Below, piece after piece: positions 1 through 13,033 of a DNA stretch of 64,000 bases (its first letter is position 1; each line of letters starts with the position of its first letter). The position numbers and the translations under genes were made by a program. Below the pieces are notes generated by a model. The model saw nothing but the letters and a program-made list of their open reading frames with translations, made no database searches and was not told the origin of the DNA. Origin of the DNA: Xylographa opegraphella (lineage: Eukaryota); the NCBI GenBank assembly GCA_022813865.1, contig JALDZX010000011.1, positions 372,001 to 436,000 on the forward strand, read 5' to 3'.

Positions 1-1348
1 TGCAGATTGCATGTCGTACTTCATGACGACTGTCACTCCAGCGACGAGGTATGCTACAGCGGCCCGTGACAGTATGATAGACTCTAAGTGATAATAGTAC
101 CTCCACTGTCACGGTAACTGCAACAGGCACAACCACCAACGTTTTTACCATTACCAATACAGGGACCTCCACGGCCACGTAGGCTCCCCCAAAGAGTTCT
201 CTTCTCTATTCTCAACCCAGGATAATGGCTAAGCCGATTGTATAGCATACCTATCACGATTACTGTACCAGAGACTGTGACGGTAACTATACCAGATGCT
301 GTGACGTTAGTCCAACCTACCTTAATGCTTCCTTAAATAATACGGAGTGAACTGACCCCTTTCTCCAGTTTTACCGCGCGCGCCGTCAAGAAGCGCTTTG
401 AAATGGCCGACCTTGTCCAGAAACCAATGGTCTCATTGGCACCCCGGCAGGTGACTGTGGGCCCCTCGGCCATACCGTCTTACGCCTCCACCTGCTCGGG
501 TTCTGTTCACTACTCGTCCGCTTGGTCCTGCGTCGGTGTCACGGCTTCCACCACTACGGCGCCCAGCCCTGTAACAACCACCACGTACGTATTTTGGAGA
601 TACCCCTTTTCTTTTGCAAGTAGAAACCGAGCCACGTATACGAGTTGAGAGACCTCACCTCACCATGCGCTTTTCTAGCCCTATGACAAGCCTCAGTTTT
701 AGTTCGTATGTTATAGTGCTAACCCAGGTCTTCGTACCAGTGTTACCGTCACAACAGTCCAGACTTCTGCTGTCACAGAGACAAGCTCTGCCATCGTAGT
801 TGTTGACGTCTCCACAACGGTCCTTGACACCGTGATCGTCGCTACCGCCACCGTCGGGAACTGTGCTGGTCAGTGCAGCCTTATCCATCGGCAAGAGAAC
901 CGAGAGTGCTAAACAAGTGTCATCTTCCACAGGTCCAACGCCAACGTTCGTCCTCGCCGGTACTGGTAGGTTTGCCGGCCAATACGCTCAAGTCACCGAC
1001 AGCGGCAACCATGTTGACGACGTCATTGTTTTCGGCCCTCAGGCATCGGCTTCGACCGTCTCCATCAACGCCGCCAGCTTCCTGTTTGCCGGTGCCGACT
1101 ACGCAAACAGGAACGGCGGCGGCGTGGGTTCGATCTTCTATTTCAATACCGTTGCGCAAATCGCCGCAGGAGGCTACGCTTCCGCCTCGTGCTCGATCGG
1201 GGCCGGTGATCTGCTGGCCTGTTTCGATCAAAGTGCGACTCGCTTTCAACTCTGCCCCGGCTTGACGTATGCGGGGAGTGGGGTCGTGCTGGGTTCTGCG
1301 CTTATTCCGAGCTGCACGCCCTTAACGTTTGTGGCTACTTGTCTCTGA
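1..1348 (+). CDS. Thr-rich, probably secreted/cell-surface protein (5'-partial, multi-exon)
   Basis: Spliced exons read ...TSTVTVTATATG...TARAVKKR...IPSYASTCSGSVHYSSAWSCVGV...VTVTTVQTSAVTETS...GPTPTFVLAG...CTPLTFVATCL*. Has a KR dibasic site, the fungal IPxYASxC...YSSACSC-type motif, a Cys-containing C-terminal domain and GT..AG introns. Confidence 0.7.
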
Positions 1349-2309
1349 GATGCTGGGTTCCCACCACCGCTTGGGGGGGGAAGGGGGGGGTTGGGGGAGT
1401 TTCTTATCTGCCTAAGGCGTATATGCATAACACGGGCCTGAACGCGGGTGAATTGACATCGGTGGTTGGTTGATCTATGGCATTGTGCATGGCGTAACAT
1501 ACCCACTTTCATAGACAAAATCATAATTTTGGTTCGCACATCAAGCCATACGTTCTAATTGGTGGCCGGTCGACGGTCGTGCATTGTCTCGCGCGGCTGG
1601 GATGCGCGCTTGGCGGTTACAGACGAACCGCTCTCCTCCGCCATACCACACACACAACCCATTCTTATACGGTGAGTTGTTAGCGGAGGTACAGGCTGCT
1701 GTCGCTGGCCAGCATGCTCCTTTCTCACTTCGACGCCCGCACCACTTGTATCAATTAAGCACGCCGCACGCTGCTCCCACTCCCCCCTTGCTGAATCCTA
1801 GCCACAAACCCCTTCCCATCTAAGCATCACCACCAACCTCCTCAACGCTCAGCACGCTCCCGCAAAGCGGAACAGTCACCCCCAGCGAGGCGGGGGAGCT
1901 ACGCCATCAGCACTGGATGAACGGGGGAGAGCGGGGTAGTCGAGAGGGTTTTGGAGCGAGGTGGGGGTCCTTCCTGGTGGGCATTCATTGTAATGCTAGG
2001 TACCATAGTTTTCTGATGGCGGAGTGTTTGGTGCTGGGGAATGGCTGTCGGCCGGGTGGGTTGTTTGATATGCAGAGCACGGGAGGTGGGTCGAGAACGC
2101 GAGTGGGGCGGGGAGGGGAGGAGGGGGGTTGTGGATAGGGCATGGTGCGCAGCATGCCGGCTGGTTGGGCAGTGCGGATGGTGGTATAGGGGAATGACAA
2201 GTCCGAAGTCCAGGTCGGTTGAATCAGGGGGGCGTTGTGATCTTCTACCCCCGGAGGACGAGTATGTATGCATTGCGGACCATTGGCACTTCCACTGACC
2301 CAGGCGCTG

Positions 2310-2311
<2 letters not shown>

Positions 2312-2344
<33 letters not shown>
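2312..2344. repeat. (CT)16 microsatellite
   Basis: Directly visible. Confidence 0.95.
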
Positions 2345-2347
<3 letters not shown>

Positions 2348-3652
2348 AAAGGCCTCGTCTCCAGTTCCGATCTGCAACGCTCCAATCCCCTTCAAGTAGC
2401 CTAGCTTATTCCTCCGAATCGACCGCTGAGATGTGCCTGGAACTCTAGCACATCGACCGCATGAGCGCAGTATCCAGGGGTATTCCAACACATACGCGTT
2501 CAATCGCGAGCGCGTCTGCTCACCGCGCTAGGCCAATGGGTGGCTGGAACACTGCGACCGAACAGCAGTCCTTCCAGCAGCTAGGAACATATCAAGCGAA
2601 GAGTGCTCTCACCAATCGTCAACGCGGACCGGCCGCCCAGCGCTCTCAGGTACCCACTCTGCGAAGCAGCATTCGCTGTCGTTGGAAAGGAAGCAGTCAA
2701 AGTGATAACAGGTAATGTGAGACTTGGCTGTACTACTACTCGTACTAACCGGCTATTCTCTCCCTCGCGCTCTGTATTGTCGCAGCAGATGTGATTCGTG
2801 TGATGAGTACCGAAGCGGCCGATGAAATGTTCAATCTCATTTGAAGCGTTCTATACCCAGATTAATAACAAGCGATAATGGCTTCAGAGAATCGGTGATA
2901 CGGCGAGAAGGCCCTGCTTTTACCTCGGTTGATGTGGTATTGAACACAAGGCAGAATCCCGAATTGCATATCACGATAGCAGCTCCGTAGTGACGATGTC
3001 CATAAAAGTGAGAGGATACAGTCAGACTCATCATGTGGCCAAATAAGCAATCCCTGAGAAGCCGGTGCATTCGATCAGGCTATACCGGAACGAGCAAAGC
3101 TTAGTTTACGCCGGTCTCGGGGGAATGACCCATAACCACAGTTCAAGGGCTTCATAGACAGGAATATCGTGTCATTGCTCAGAAAAGTTCGCTTATTCAT
3201 CGTCTTGGCATATGATGATGGTTCAATGGCAGCCAGGGTAGACAACCAAGTCGATATCACGTTGAAGTGAAATTCATAGTCATAGAGGATATAGAACTGC
3301 AGACTGAATACAGTCGGTAATAATAGGCGTGTACAAGAAGAGAATAGAAGCATAAACACACGTTTACGGGACGATCAAGATAATGAAGCTGAATCGTCCA
3401 AAACACGTGACCAAGGATCCTTGGCGTAAATGATGACAGAGCCTTCTACGACATACTGGTTGGCTGTAACCTTGGTCAACAAGGGCAGAGGCCGATAAGT
3501 AACTACATCTTGATAAGCAGAGGGGCAAGCTGTCAAAATTATCAGAAAATGTAACGCCAGTCTCGGCGTATTCGGGAATATCTATGATAGTAAGGGTCTC
3601 TCATTGCCGAATAGATCAGAGGCTGATGGCCTCCTTGCTCGCTCAAGCTCGC

Positions 3653-4684
3653 TCAAAATTGATCTGTTTACGAATTAGCAATGGCTCAATGGCGGAAGAC
3701 GATCACAAGACTGGAGTGGACACGAAAGCAATGCAGTCATGTCGGTGCTTCCATCCTTCAAACTTACCAAGCGTCATACTCATGCTGACGTCCGTATTCT
3801 CTACCATCTTCGTGAACTCTTCGAAACTGATTTTTCCATCCCGGTCTTTATCAGCTTCCATTATGGTTTTGTCCACAATCTGTCACCTAATTGTCAGCCC
3901 GCAACCCTCGGCCCGTCGCCATTTGTGGAGTATTCTGTATCACATCCTACACCATTCTCCAGAAGTACCTCGCTACCTCTCACTTTAGAACTCACCTGCT
4001 GCAGCTGCATATCCTTCAGATTGCTCCCCACCATCATCTTCAGCACAATGAACAGCTCCCCATTACTGATATATCCGTCGCGGTCAATATCATACACCTT
4101 GAATGCGAAACGTAGTTTCTCTTCCTTATTGCCCTTGGAGCTGAAGGCGCTGAGACCAGAAACGAATTCTTGGAAGTCGACGTCACCGCCGCCGTCTTCG
4201 TCGAAGATGGCAATCATCCTAAGGATCGATCAAGCATCAGTAAGCGCGATAAGTATAGAGTGACAGAGAAGGTTGGTGTTGAAGGAAGAGGGACATGGTG
4301 TCCGGTGCTGAGGAGGAGACAGACCGCGTCGCCAGAGGGTTCGAAGAAACTTGTGGTAGGGAGAGGAACTCATCACGCTCAATTGTGCCGGAGTTGTCCT
4401 ACATACAGGTCAGTCACACTTGATGGGGATCTCTCCATATTAAGCTAAGCGGCTTCCGCGCACTTTGTCCAGCTTCATGAACCGCTTTCGCAGTCGATCG
4501 ACCTCTTCCTTATCGACTATGCGTCGAGTGCATGATTAGGACGTGCGCTCGGCCAAGAACCAGATCAGAATGCTGACTGATACACACAGTTTGATCCTGA
4601 CACTATGTTCTCCAATGTTTGGGCACTGGAGCCCCCGGTTCGTCTTCGCGCATCGTAGAGCGCTGCTGGATTTGCGGACGCCAC
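3653..4684 (-). CDS. CNB1: Calcineurin B regulatory subunit (6 exons; probable GTG start)
   Basis: Exons 4588-4684, 4464-4516, 4325-4398, 3996-4218, 3768-3879 and 3653-3663 splice in frame to ...[68 protein letters not shown]...SMTLDQF*, with four EF hands. Confidence 0.97.
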
Positions 4685-5215
4685 GATTGCTGAATAAACA
4701 GTTGTGCAAGATTCAAAACGACCGTACTTCTATAACCTTCCGACAAAGGTAGATCTCGTGAAGAGTCAAGGCGCACGATGAAAGAGACGGGTGATGGGGG
4801 TTGCTGGCAGCGAATTTGGAGTGTTCTTCACAATAGTGCAACACATAAAGCACGAGACAAACGACCGCTTCTGATATGACTCTGTACCGTAGAATTGGCT
4901 CTCGCTAAAGTTGGACCGCATACCCGTAGCCACAAGAACCAACGCCTTACCATTCTGAATCGAACCCCTCATCCCCCCTCGCCCGCCAGGCCCTGGTCAC
5001 ATCACAACAGGCAATCTTGCGCTAAGCAACCGCAAACCACGTCCCCAAATCTCAGCTTTTTACAGTGCGACCGGTGGTTATCATCATCAAAACATCCACA
5101 TTCACACCTAAAATCACGACTCAAAATTGCATGTCTCATCACCAAATTTCCCAAAAACTCTGGTGATGATTTTTTTACACGGTCGCCCCCCAAGAAAGGG
5201 TCGTGATTCTTGAAT

Positions 5216-7194
5216 ATGACCCGCTCTAGTGCGCCACGACTAGGATTTCGACAGCGCAAGCTCAATACAAAGAGCCAGCTTCCCGTTCTTCGTGAGTCTG
5301 ATTTTGAGACCGAAGGCGGCGGAGAAAATGCCGTTCCAAAAGTCGAAACTGGCGTCGAGAAGGCCGAAGAGACCGTACGTGTGCCTATCTTTTTTCTAAG
5401 TTTTTGCGACAGACCCTTCTTTTGCTTAGTAATGCACCGTTTCCCGCCAGACTTGCCTCTCTTTGTGTAATGATGTTGCCATCATTTCGTAGCCCGTCGA
5501 AGCAACTAACCACGTTCACATGTAGGAACACCATCTTCAAGCCGCCATCTCCGCGTCCCATGCGGCCGCCACTGGGGGAAAGGTCGCCCAGATATACATT
5601 CCCACTCCGGATACCGTCCATAGTTCCATTCAGTATGACCGTCTGTACCCCCCCGTCTTCTCTCAGCCGGCCACGTATATCCGCTTCTCCTCCACGGTGG
5701 AGGACTGCTGCGGGTGTCCGTATAATCTAACTGAAGAGGATGATGTCTGTCTGCGGCTGATCAACGAGAAACGGAGTGCATCTACGCAATGCACCGAAGA
5801 TCAGTTTGAAGAAGTTATGAACTTTTTTGAAGAAACAGCCAAGAACAAGCAGCCGTTCGCAGCTGTGGACAATCCTCCTGTAGTTGCTTGGGAGGAGATG
5901 GAGAACTCTTTCGACGACAATTTTGACGGTGCACTAAGATCATATGCCATAGAGATCTATGGACATTGGAAAAGCAGGAGACTAACCAACGGAAACCAGC
6001 CGCTGATACCCGGCTTGAAAGTAAGGGTATCTGACACCGCAAACTCTGAATAGGAATCGCTAATATGATCATAGTTTGGCACTGGGACTGACACTGACGA
6101 CGGCGATCCATATGTCTGTTTCCGTAGAAGAGAAGTCCGGCAAGTCCGGAAAACACGAGGCAGAGATGCTCAGAGCGTAGAGAAACTCAAGAAACTAAGG
6201 AAAGAACTCGAAGAGGCTCGACAGCTTCTCGCCCTCGTCCGTCAACGAGAAATCACCAAAAGGGAGCAATTAAGCGTAGACAGACAGCTCTTTGAGCAAA
6301 GGAGTAATCTGAGGCAAGTCAAGAAAAATCTCCCTGATCAGTACAAGGAGGGAGACGACGAGCTTTTGATCAATCAAAAGGTATGGGTGTCGTCGAGGAA
6401 GTTTTGTCAGTCCGTTAACTGACAAATCCCAGCCTCAGAAGAAGAAACCACTGGAAATCGCAACCTCGCAACGCACACCTGCAGGTCTACTTCGGTCAAC
6501 CTCTCGGAGCGATGGGCGCTCTGTGGAAGCAGACATGGTATCATTGCAGGATGTACTGGCTGAAAGGGAGAACGAAATCCAGAGGGAGATTGAGATGAAG
6601 ATATCTCAGCACAAGAAATGGAACGAAGGCTACATCGATCAAACCAGAGCACCCCTGACACCTCCGATGGAAGAAAATTTGAGGTCGAATTTTCGTACCG
6701 CACGGACCGAGTACTTACCTACCCCTCCAGCTTCAGTTTCTGAACATTCAGGAGACATTATTGCTGACGAGGGTTCGCCAAGTCGGAAAATGGATGATTC
6801 GATTACTGTCCGCTATGCTTCCCCGACCTATGACGGATGTCTTCGAAGCCAACCATCATTCCGAAGAAGAGTCGGAAGAGGAGGACGCCTCATAATCGAT
6901 CGTCGAGGAATGAACCTCCAGTCAAAGGAAGGTATCGACCCTGCAATGGTAGATCGTTTCAAGTTTGACCGAGATGATGATGACGATGATGAGGTGTCGA
7001 CATACCAAGTTGATCCATTTGATATTTCAAGCATGCGCTATCGAGCTGCAATAGTCGGCAGCTTACAGGCGCATCCACAAGCGCAACCTCAGATTTCAAA
7101 ACGTGCACAGATCGAAGGATCTACTTCCAGTTCTCAACGATCAGCAGCTGTTGCAAGTTCTTCCACCCCACCAAAGAACGCACCTTCTGATTGA
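5216..7194 (+). CDS. EPL1: Enhancer of polycomb-like protein, NuA4 subunit (4 exons)
   Basis: FRQRKLNTKSQLPV, VETGVEKAEE, EHHLQAAIS, VEDCCGCPYNL, DPYVCFRRREVRQVRKTRGRD and FRRRVGRGGRLIIDRR motifs. Confidence 0.95.
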
Positions 7195-7497
7195 AAAACT
7201 TACGTGCTGTGTCACTGTGAAGTGCGTTCCACCATAGAGCGGACATCAGCGCTGCCTCTCAACAGCATTACTTGACCTAGCAGACTTGACTTAGAATCTG
7301 CGAAACTTTTGACCTGCAACTCACCAAATGCAGAAGGTTTAAGAGGCCGTACACCCGTAGCCGGATTTGACAAGACCAGTCAATACGGCTGGCTTCGCAA
7401 GCGGAGAAGCAAGCTTAGCATGCGTGTAGGATTGAAGGTGTATAACAGGCTCCGTAAAGGAGTGGAGTCACTAAGTAGAAGACCACCCAAAGAAACT

Positions 7498-9140
7498 TTA
7501 TCTCTTCTCAACAAGCTTGCGGGACTTTGAGTCGGAGACTGATCTTTGCCTCTTTACACGGTGATACGCGCCGTTTCCATTCCTCTCCCCTTTAGATGTT
7601 GAGTCTGTTGTGGAAGGCAGTACCACATAAATGTTGTAGAGGTATAATAAAGCAGCTTCAATGATGTGCTTCTCTCCCAGGCGGACTTTTATAGCCATCC
7701 GTTTTCTTCGTTGTGCGACATTTGACTGGTCGTCGATTCTCAGCGCTTGCAACAGTGCTTCATCTTGCGCGATAGTGGTTTTGTAATATTTTCTTCGTGC
7801 TGTTAGAACATCCATAAGTACTCGTACGTGGACCGGATTGAAAATTGGTTTCGGTGCTTTCTTAGCGTGTTTTAGTTGCTCAAATTCTTCTTTGGGTGCA
7901 GTAAGTATGTGCAGTGACTGTAGCAGAGCTGGGTCGAATCCAGCGTAAGGGCGAGATGCATTCCCAGCTCCATGGGAAATGTCGAATGATTCCTCCCACA
8001 AATCCCATTGTTCTGCCAGTGTGATCTTTGACATCATTAGATGACTTTTATCCATGTTGGTACAAATACTTACTCGTTCGTCGAGTTCCTTTTCTGTGAG
8101 CAGTAACGCGAAATCATTTGTATCTCTATTCTCACCTTTACTCTTCGTACAAGCTTCTTTTATTTTCTCGGAGACGATTTCCACTACGTCCCACTGCTTG
8201 TACTCATCACTTACATAACCGTATCGTCTCACCAAATCGGATTGTGGCAAAGGGCCATAGTCATTGAAGATCTCTTCTCCTTTCTTGATATGCTTGGTTG
8301 CGATCATAGTGAGATACTTTGCACTATGATATAGTCTAGCCTAGTCCACTGTCAGTAAACTTTGGTATTTCGAATTTGGAGACAATACATTATTCTTATC
8401 CCCGTCTGCATTTAGCATGTCTGCCAACGGCACCATTCCCTTAGGTTTTTCGTCTTCGTCATCTGATACAAAGCCTTCCTCGTCCACATCTTGTGCGTTT
8501 TCGTCTCTTTCTAGATCAAAGCCGTAGGCCATGATCAAGGTTGCCATTTGGTGGGCGGAGGACATGAACCATTCGTCCGACCTTCCAGTCATAATTTGTT
8601 CACATTGCTTTGCCAAGGGCAGCAAGACCTCTGCAAAGGTCTTATCGGCATCAGCTTTGCCTATCTTGGATATGACGGCACTTCCTTCCAGTTCTTTGAG
8701 TTCGTCTTCAGACCAATGGATGAGAGTATCGATTTCTCTAGGCAGCACACAGAAATACGAAAACCACCTTCCAAGCTGTCCGAGACTACATTCATATATC
8801 ATGACAAGTACTAGGCTCAGCCATGGATCCAGTTGATCTATTTCTGGGATTTTGCTCCGTAGCTCCGAGTTGGCGGTGCTCAGGACTGCGCTCTGCGGAA
8901 TAGAGAAAAGCTCGCAATTCTCCTCAATATCCACTCGAGCAACTATTAGAGGTCAGCTTCACTGATCCATTGTAAGTGGTGCGATGGCATATACAAACCG
9001 ACTCCTCGACCACGTCCCAGAGCAGTCAGGTCTGTCAGTGCGATTTTCTGGCTAATGGAAGCTCCTTCGCCGTTGAGCCACTCCAGGAATTCTTCTGTCT
9101 GCCGTTGATTCCCAGCGCTCCACTGTGGGTATGCAGCCAT
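7498..9140 (-). CDS. SET-domain protein-lysine N-methyltransferase (SETD6/Rkm4-like)
   Basis: FLEWL...GRGRGV, MAYGFD, GMVPLADMLNAD and GEEIFNDYG...LVRRYGY, followed by a Rubisco-LSMT-type substrate-binding tail. About 4 exons. Confidence 0.9.
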
Positions 9141-9520
9141 GATAGACAGGCAGTGAAGTGGCTGGATAATTTCACAGCATGCTTGAATGTCTGAGAAGGG
9201 AACGGCGCTGAGGGTTGTGGGAGATGCGTCTCTAGGCTTAGCGCCAAGCGCAGTCCACCCCGCTTCGAGTATTATTCCACCACGTCCCACTGTTTGCTGC
9301 ATTTCTCTCACATTCCCAAATCTGTAGCTAGATTTACGGCCACAGTGTTCTACAAGTGATAAATTGTATTCTTTCAATCTCCAGTCGTCAATGTCAAACG
9401 CAAAGCTGTGAATTTTTGCAAATTTTCAAGATTAATGTCTCTAATGAACTTACATGTACTCCACTTGATATTCAGAACCTCGACATAAAACTCCATAAAA
9501 AAGCCTCTGCATCCCAATCA

Positions 9521-10627
9521 ATGATCGCCCTCGGCCTCGAAGGGTCCGCCAACAAACTCGGCGTGGGTCTGATCCTCCACCCAGCAAAGAGAGGCCCCGC
9601 TATCATCCTATCCAACATCCGACACACCTTCGTCTCCCCACCTGGTGAAGGCTTCCTCCCCAAAGACACAGCCAAACACCACCGGTCCTGGATCACGCGC
9701 CTAGTTCTTCAAGCTCTCAAAGAAGCTGGCATTACCATGGCAGACATCGATTGCATCTGCTACACCAAAGGCCCCGGTATGGGTGCCCCACTACAGAGCG
9801 TGGCCATCGCGGCGCGAACACTAAGTCTACTGTGGGGAAAAGAGCTGGTGGGGGTGAACCATTGCGTCGGACGTATGTCAAGTTCCCGCATCTAAATGGC
9901 AGGAAAGCCCGAGCTAAGTCACGTAGATATTGAAATGGGGCGCGAGATCACCTCGGCGCAAAACCCCGTGGTCTTGTATGTCTCAGGAGGCAATACGCAG
10001 GTCATCGCTTATGCCGCGCAGCGCTATCGGATCTTCGGAGAAGCGCTCGATATAGCGGTGGGGAATTGCTTGGATCGGTTTGCGCGTACGCTTCGCATCT
10101 CAAACCATCCGGCGCCAGGGTATAATATCGAGCAGATGGCGAAGCAGGGTCGTCACTTTGTGGAATTGCCGTACGCGGTCAAAGGGATGGATTGCAGCTT
10201 CTCCGGCATATTAGCGTCCATTGACATTCTGGCTGACAAGTTGCAAAACGGACCGACGGAGCTCAAGGACGAGGAGACTGGGGAGCCGATCACCCGAGAG
10301 GACCTGTGCTTCAGCCTGCAGGAGACCGTATACGCGATGCTGGTCGAGATCACGGAAAGGGCGATGGCTCATGTGGGATCAAGTCAGGTACTGATAGTGG
10401 GAGGGGTGGGGAGCAATGAGCGCCTGCAGGAGATGATGGGAATGATGGCGAAAGATAGAGGCGGAAGTGTCTTCGCAACCGACGAGAGGTTTTGCATAGA
10501 TAATGGTATCATGATCGCTCACGCCGGACTACTGGCATATCGGACCGGGTTCCGGACTCCTCTGGAGGAAAGTACTTGTACACAACGATTTCGGACAGAC
10601 GAGGTTTTGGTGAAATGGAGGGATTGA
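9521..10627 (+). CDS. KAE1: tRNA N6-adenosine threonylcarbamoyltransferase (KEOPS subunit)
   Basis: [27 protein letters not shown] (across one intron), [16 protein letters not shown] and TQRFRTDEV. Confidence 0.98.
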
Positions 10628-10923
10628 CCAAGATCTGATCAGGCTGCTTCCAATCAATTTCTACTATATGCTATCAAATAAGAAGCAGTGAGCCTATCAC
10701 ACCACCAGCATGCTCACATAGTATTCCTACCAGGGGCGAGAAAAGGTCTCAAACCCATCATCCCTAGAATCTAGCCAATTGGCTAGAGTTTCCCTATGTC
10801 TGAAATGTTCCGAGCGCCTGATTTCGTCACAACAGATCCAGTCATAACCGCACGATTGCTATGAAGTTTGAATTCTTTCCCGACGCCAAGGTTGTTGCGA
10901 ATAGTACATGAGTTTATTTCCTT

Positions 10924-12635
10924 TCAGTAGTCATCTACATTGGTCGGTCGATACATGATTGTCGTAACGTACTACCGAAAGTTTTAGTAGGAGCTCATCC
11001 TCAAGGTTTCCAACAAAGACTCACCTTGCGCTTGTATCTTGTCGTCAGACTCGTAGCCAAGACTTCGTTCTTGATACTACTGGTCGCCAAATGATTGAGG
11101 ACTGTGTGATTGGGCATGTTCAGCACACTGCTATCATCCTTCATTGGAGTCGTCCCGTTGAGAATTGATTTTCCTAGAAACAATGGCAAACTGGGAGGAG
11201 TCGGGATGTCCAAGACTGTGCCAGCTGCCCGCTGAAATCGATTCGTCTTCTCCTCCCGATCAAGGTCCAGAAGATAAGGTGGTACGTCATCGCCATAATA
11301 CACCGGTTCCGCAGGCCCTTCTGGATCGGTAGGTTGAGTCTTGCCTACAGAGTCTGGTGCATGGTCCTTACTCTCAACGCCAGGTGGCAGTATTTGCGGC
11401 GGGAAAACACCCTCAGGTACTTTATCCTGGGACGGAGTGCTCTGAGGTATATCATCAGGGTTGACCTCGATGTAATTGACAAGAATATTAGTGTAATCCA
11501 CAGCGGTAGGGAGCTCGTCCGAGAGGTGCATCTCTCCATCAACAATAAACTTGACATGATGAGTCCCAGGTGGGAGCTCAAGGACCGTAGAGAGGACATT
11601 TGTATTTGGACTGTCGAGATAGTTGGTCAGTCATAGCAACTAGTGATGGTACGGCCAGACGGAGCCCGAAGAAGTTATTAGATACATGAATCATGAAGCT
11701 TAACAAGTGAAACGGATAGCGGAAAACACACGGGAAGCTGCATGACATCAGGGGTCACCGCAGATTTCAGAGACATGCTGCACGTGCTCACAAAAGGAAC
11801 CGTTGAGATGGAAGACTCACTCTCGATGCATGCGATACTTTCTGCTCCATGCGGCAAAGGTACCCGTTATGTACACACGATCGCCAGGTTGCTTCCATTC
11901 CACCAACGTGGGTACAGTTCCGCCCCGAGCGCCCTCCAACCCGAAGCTCTGCAGATCATCCTCCGTCTCATCCTCGTCAATGGTAGTGTGACTGAGCAAT
12001 GAGGTACGACGTCGAAGAGTACCGTCTGATCCAGCTTCATCTAACGCGGAGGCAAGATCTGCAGGACTGATGATGGGAGAGCCCGGGGTATATACTTCTT
12101 CCTGAATGGGTAATGGTAGACGTGGCGGGAAGTTGAGGTTCGATACTGGTATGTAGTTGGGATCACGGGGAGGGCCTGAAGATTCGAACTGTGAGTCCGG
12201 GCCCTTCTGCCGCTTGTCGTGAGAGCTTCCAGGGACTCGCACGGGGTTCGATTGCTGTTCTTGGGCGTGCTCCCGCCTTCGGATCTCTTGTTTCTCTCTC
12301 CATGCCTGACGAGACTGGGCGTTGCCCATCCTGTCGTCCTGCTTGAATGAGGAAGACTGCCCGTGGACAGGAGACGAGCCGGCGGAATGTGATACCCGGT
12401 GATGCTGATGAGGATGTGGTTTGGGGGTCAGGGCATTGGGCGAGGCCAAGGACTGTGCTTGGGAGCTGTTCGGAGACTCGTACAGGGACTGCGGGGCGGT
12501 CGTAGGGTTTGACGACGGGTGTTGAAGTGATTCACGGCGCGCAGCCGGGTTTCTCCGTTGCTGTGAATGTGTCGATGGGCCGGCAGCTGGCGAGGCAGGC
12601 GCAGCGCCAGTTGGTTTCGAGGGATTATTCCCCAT
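10924..12635 (-). CDS. Snf1/AMPK beta subunit (Gal83/Sip2 family), 3 exons
   Basis: N-terminal MGNNPSK myristoylation motif, CBM48 region (VYITGTFAAW, LPPGTHHVKFIVDG) and ASC domain (PNHTVLNHLATSSIK...RYKRKYVTTIMYRP). Confidence 0.95.
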
Positions 12636-13033
12636 TCTGAGGCGTACAGGGCCTTATAACACAGCCAATCACAAGGACATCGAGTGCAGCCAAAGGAGCC
12701 AATGCAAAGCTCAACACAGTCAGCACAGCCTGCGGCGGTCACGGGCGCGTGACAATCAGGAACGAAGCTGAGGATCTTTTTTAGACGTTAGGGCTTCTCG
12801 CTAAGGCTTCCCCACAACGAACAGGGGATGGCCCGCCAAGGGGGATCGCACACGGGCCGACTTTAGTGTTCAGGGGTCAATGACCGAGTGACCGAGTGAC
12901 CGACCCGGCTTCTGCCCTGCCAGACTCTCCGTAAGCCAGGCTCCCTCACGACTCGGTAGTCCAAAGGGCTACCTAATAATAATGAAACTTCCCACCATGA
13001 CCTGACCGTGTCGGGTCTCGCGCTCAAGCGCCC

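Noticed and set aside
1584..3450. Short ORFs between the secreted gene and CNB1
   Set aside because: No coherent gene model or recognisable motif. A decayed gene cannot be excluded.
8946..9520. N-terminal extensions of the SET gene and KAE1 shown in the ORF track
   Set aside because: They derive from alternative-start calls across the shared promoter. Family-typical starts are at 9140 and 9521.
10625..10681. Stop-codon readthrough giving a cryptic PTS1 in KAE1 (also checked ADO1, NDUFA6 and the methyltransferase)
   Set aside because: The extensions do not end in PTS1-like tripeptides.
11611..11820. Long intron of the Snf1 beta gene as a snoRNA host
   Set aside because: No convincing C/D or H/ACA box arrangement or guide sequence visible.
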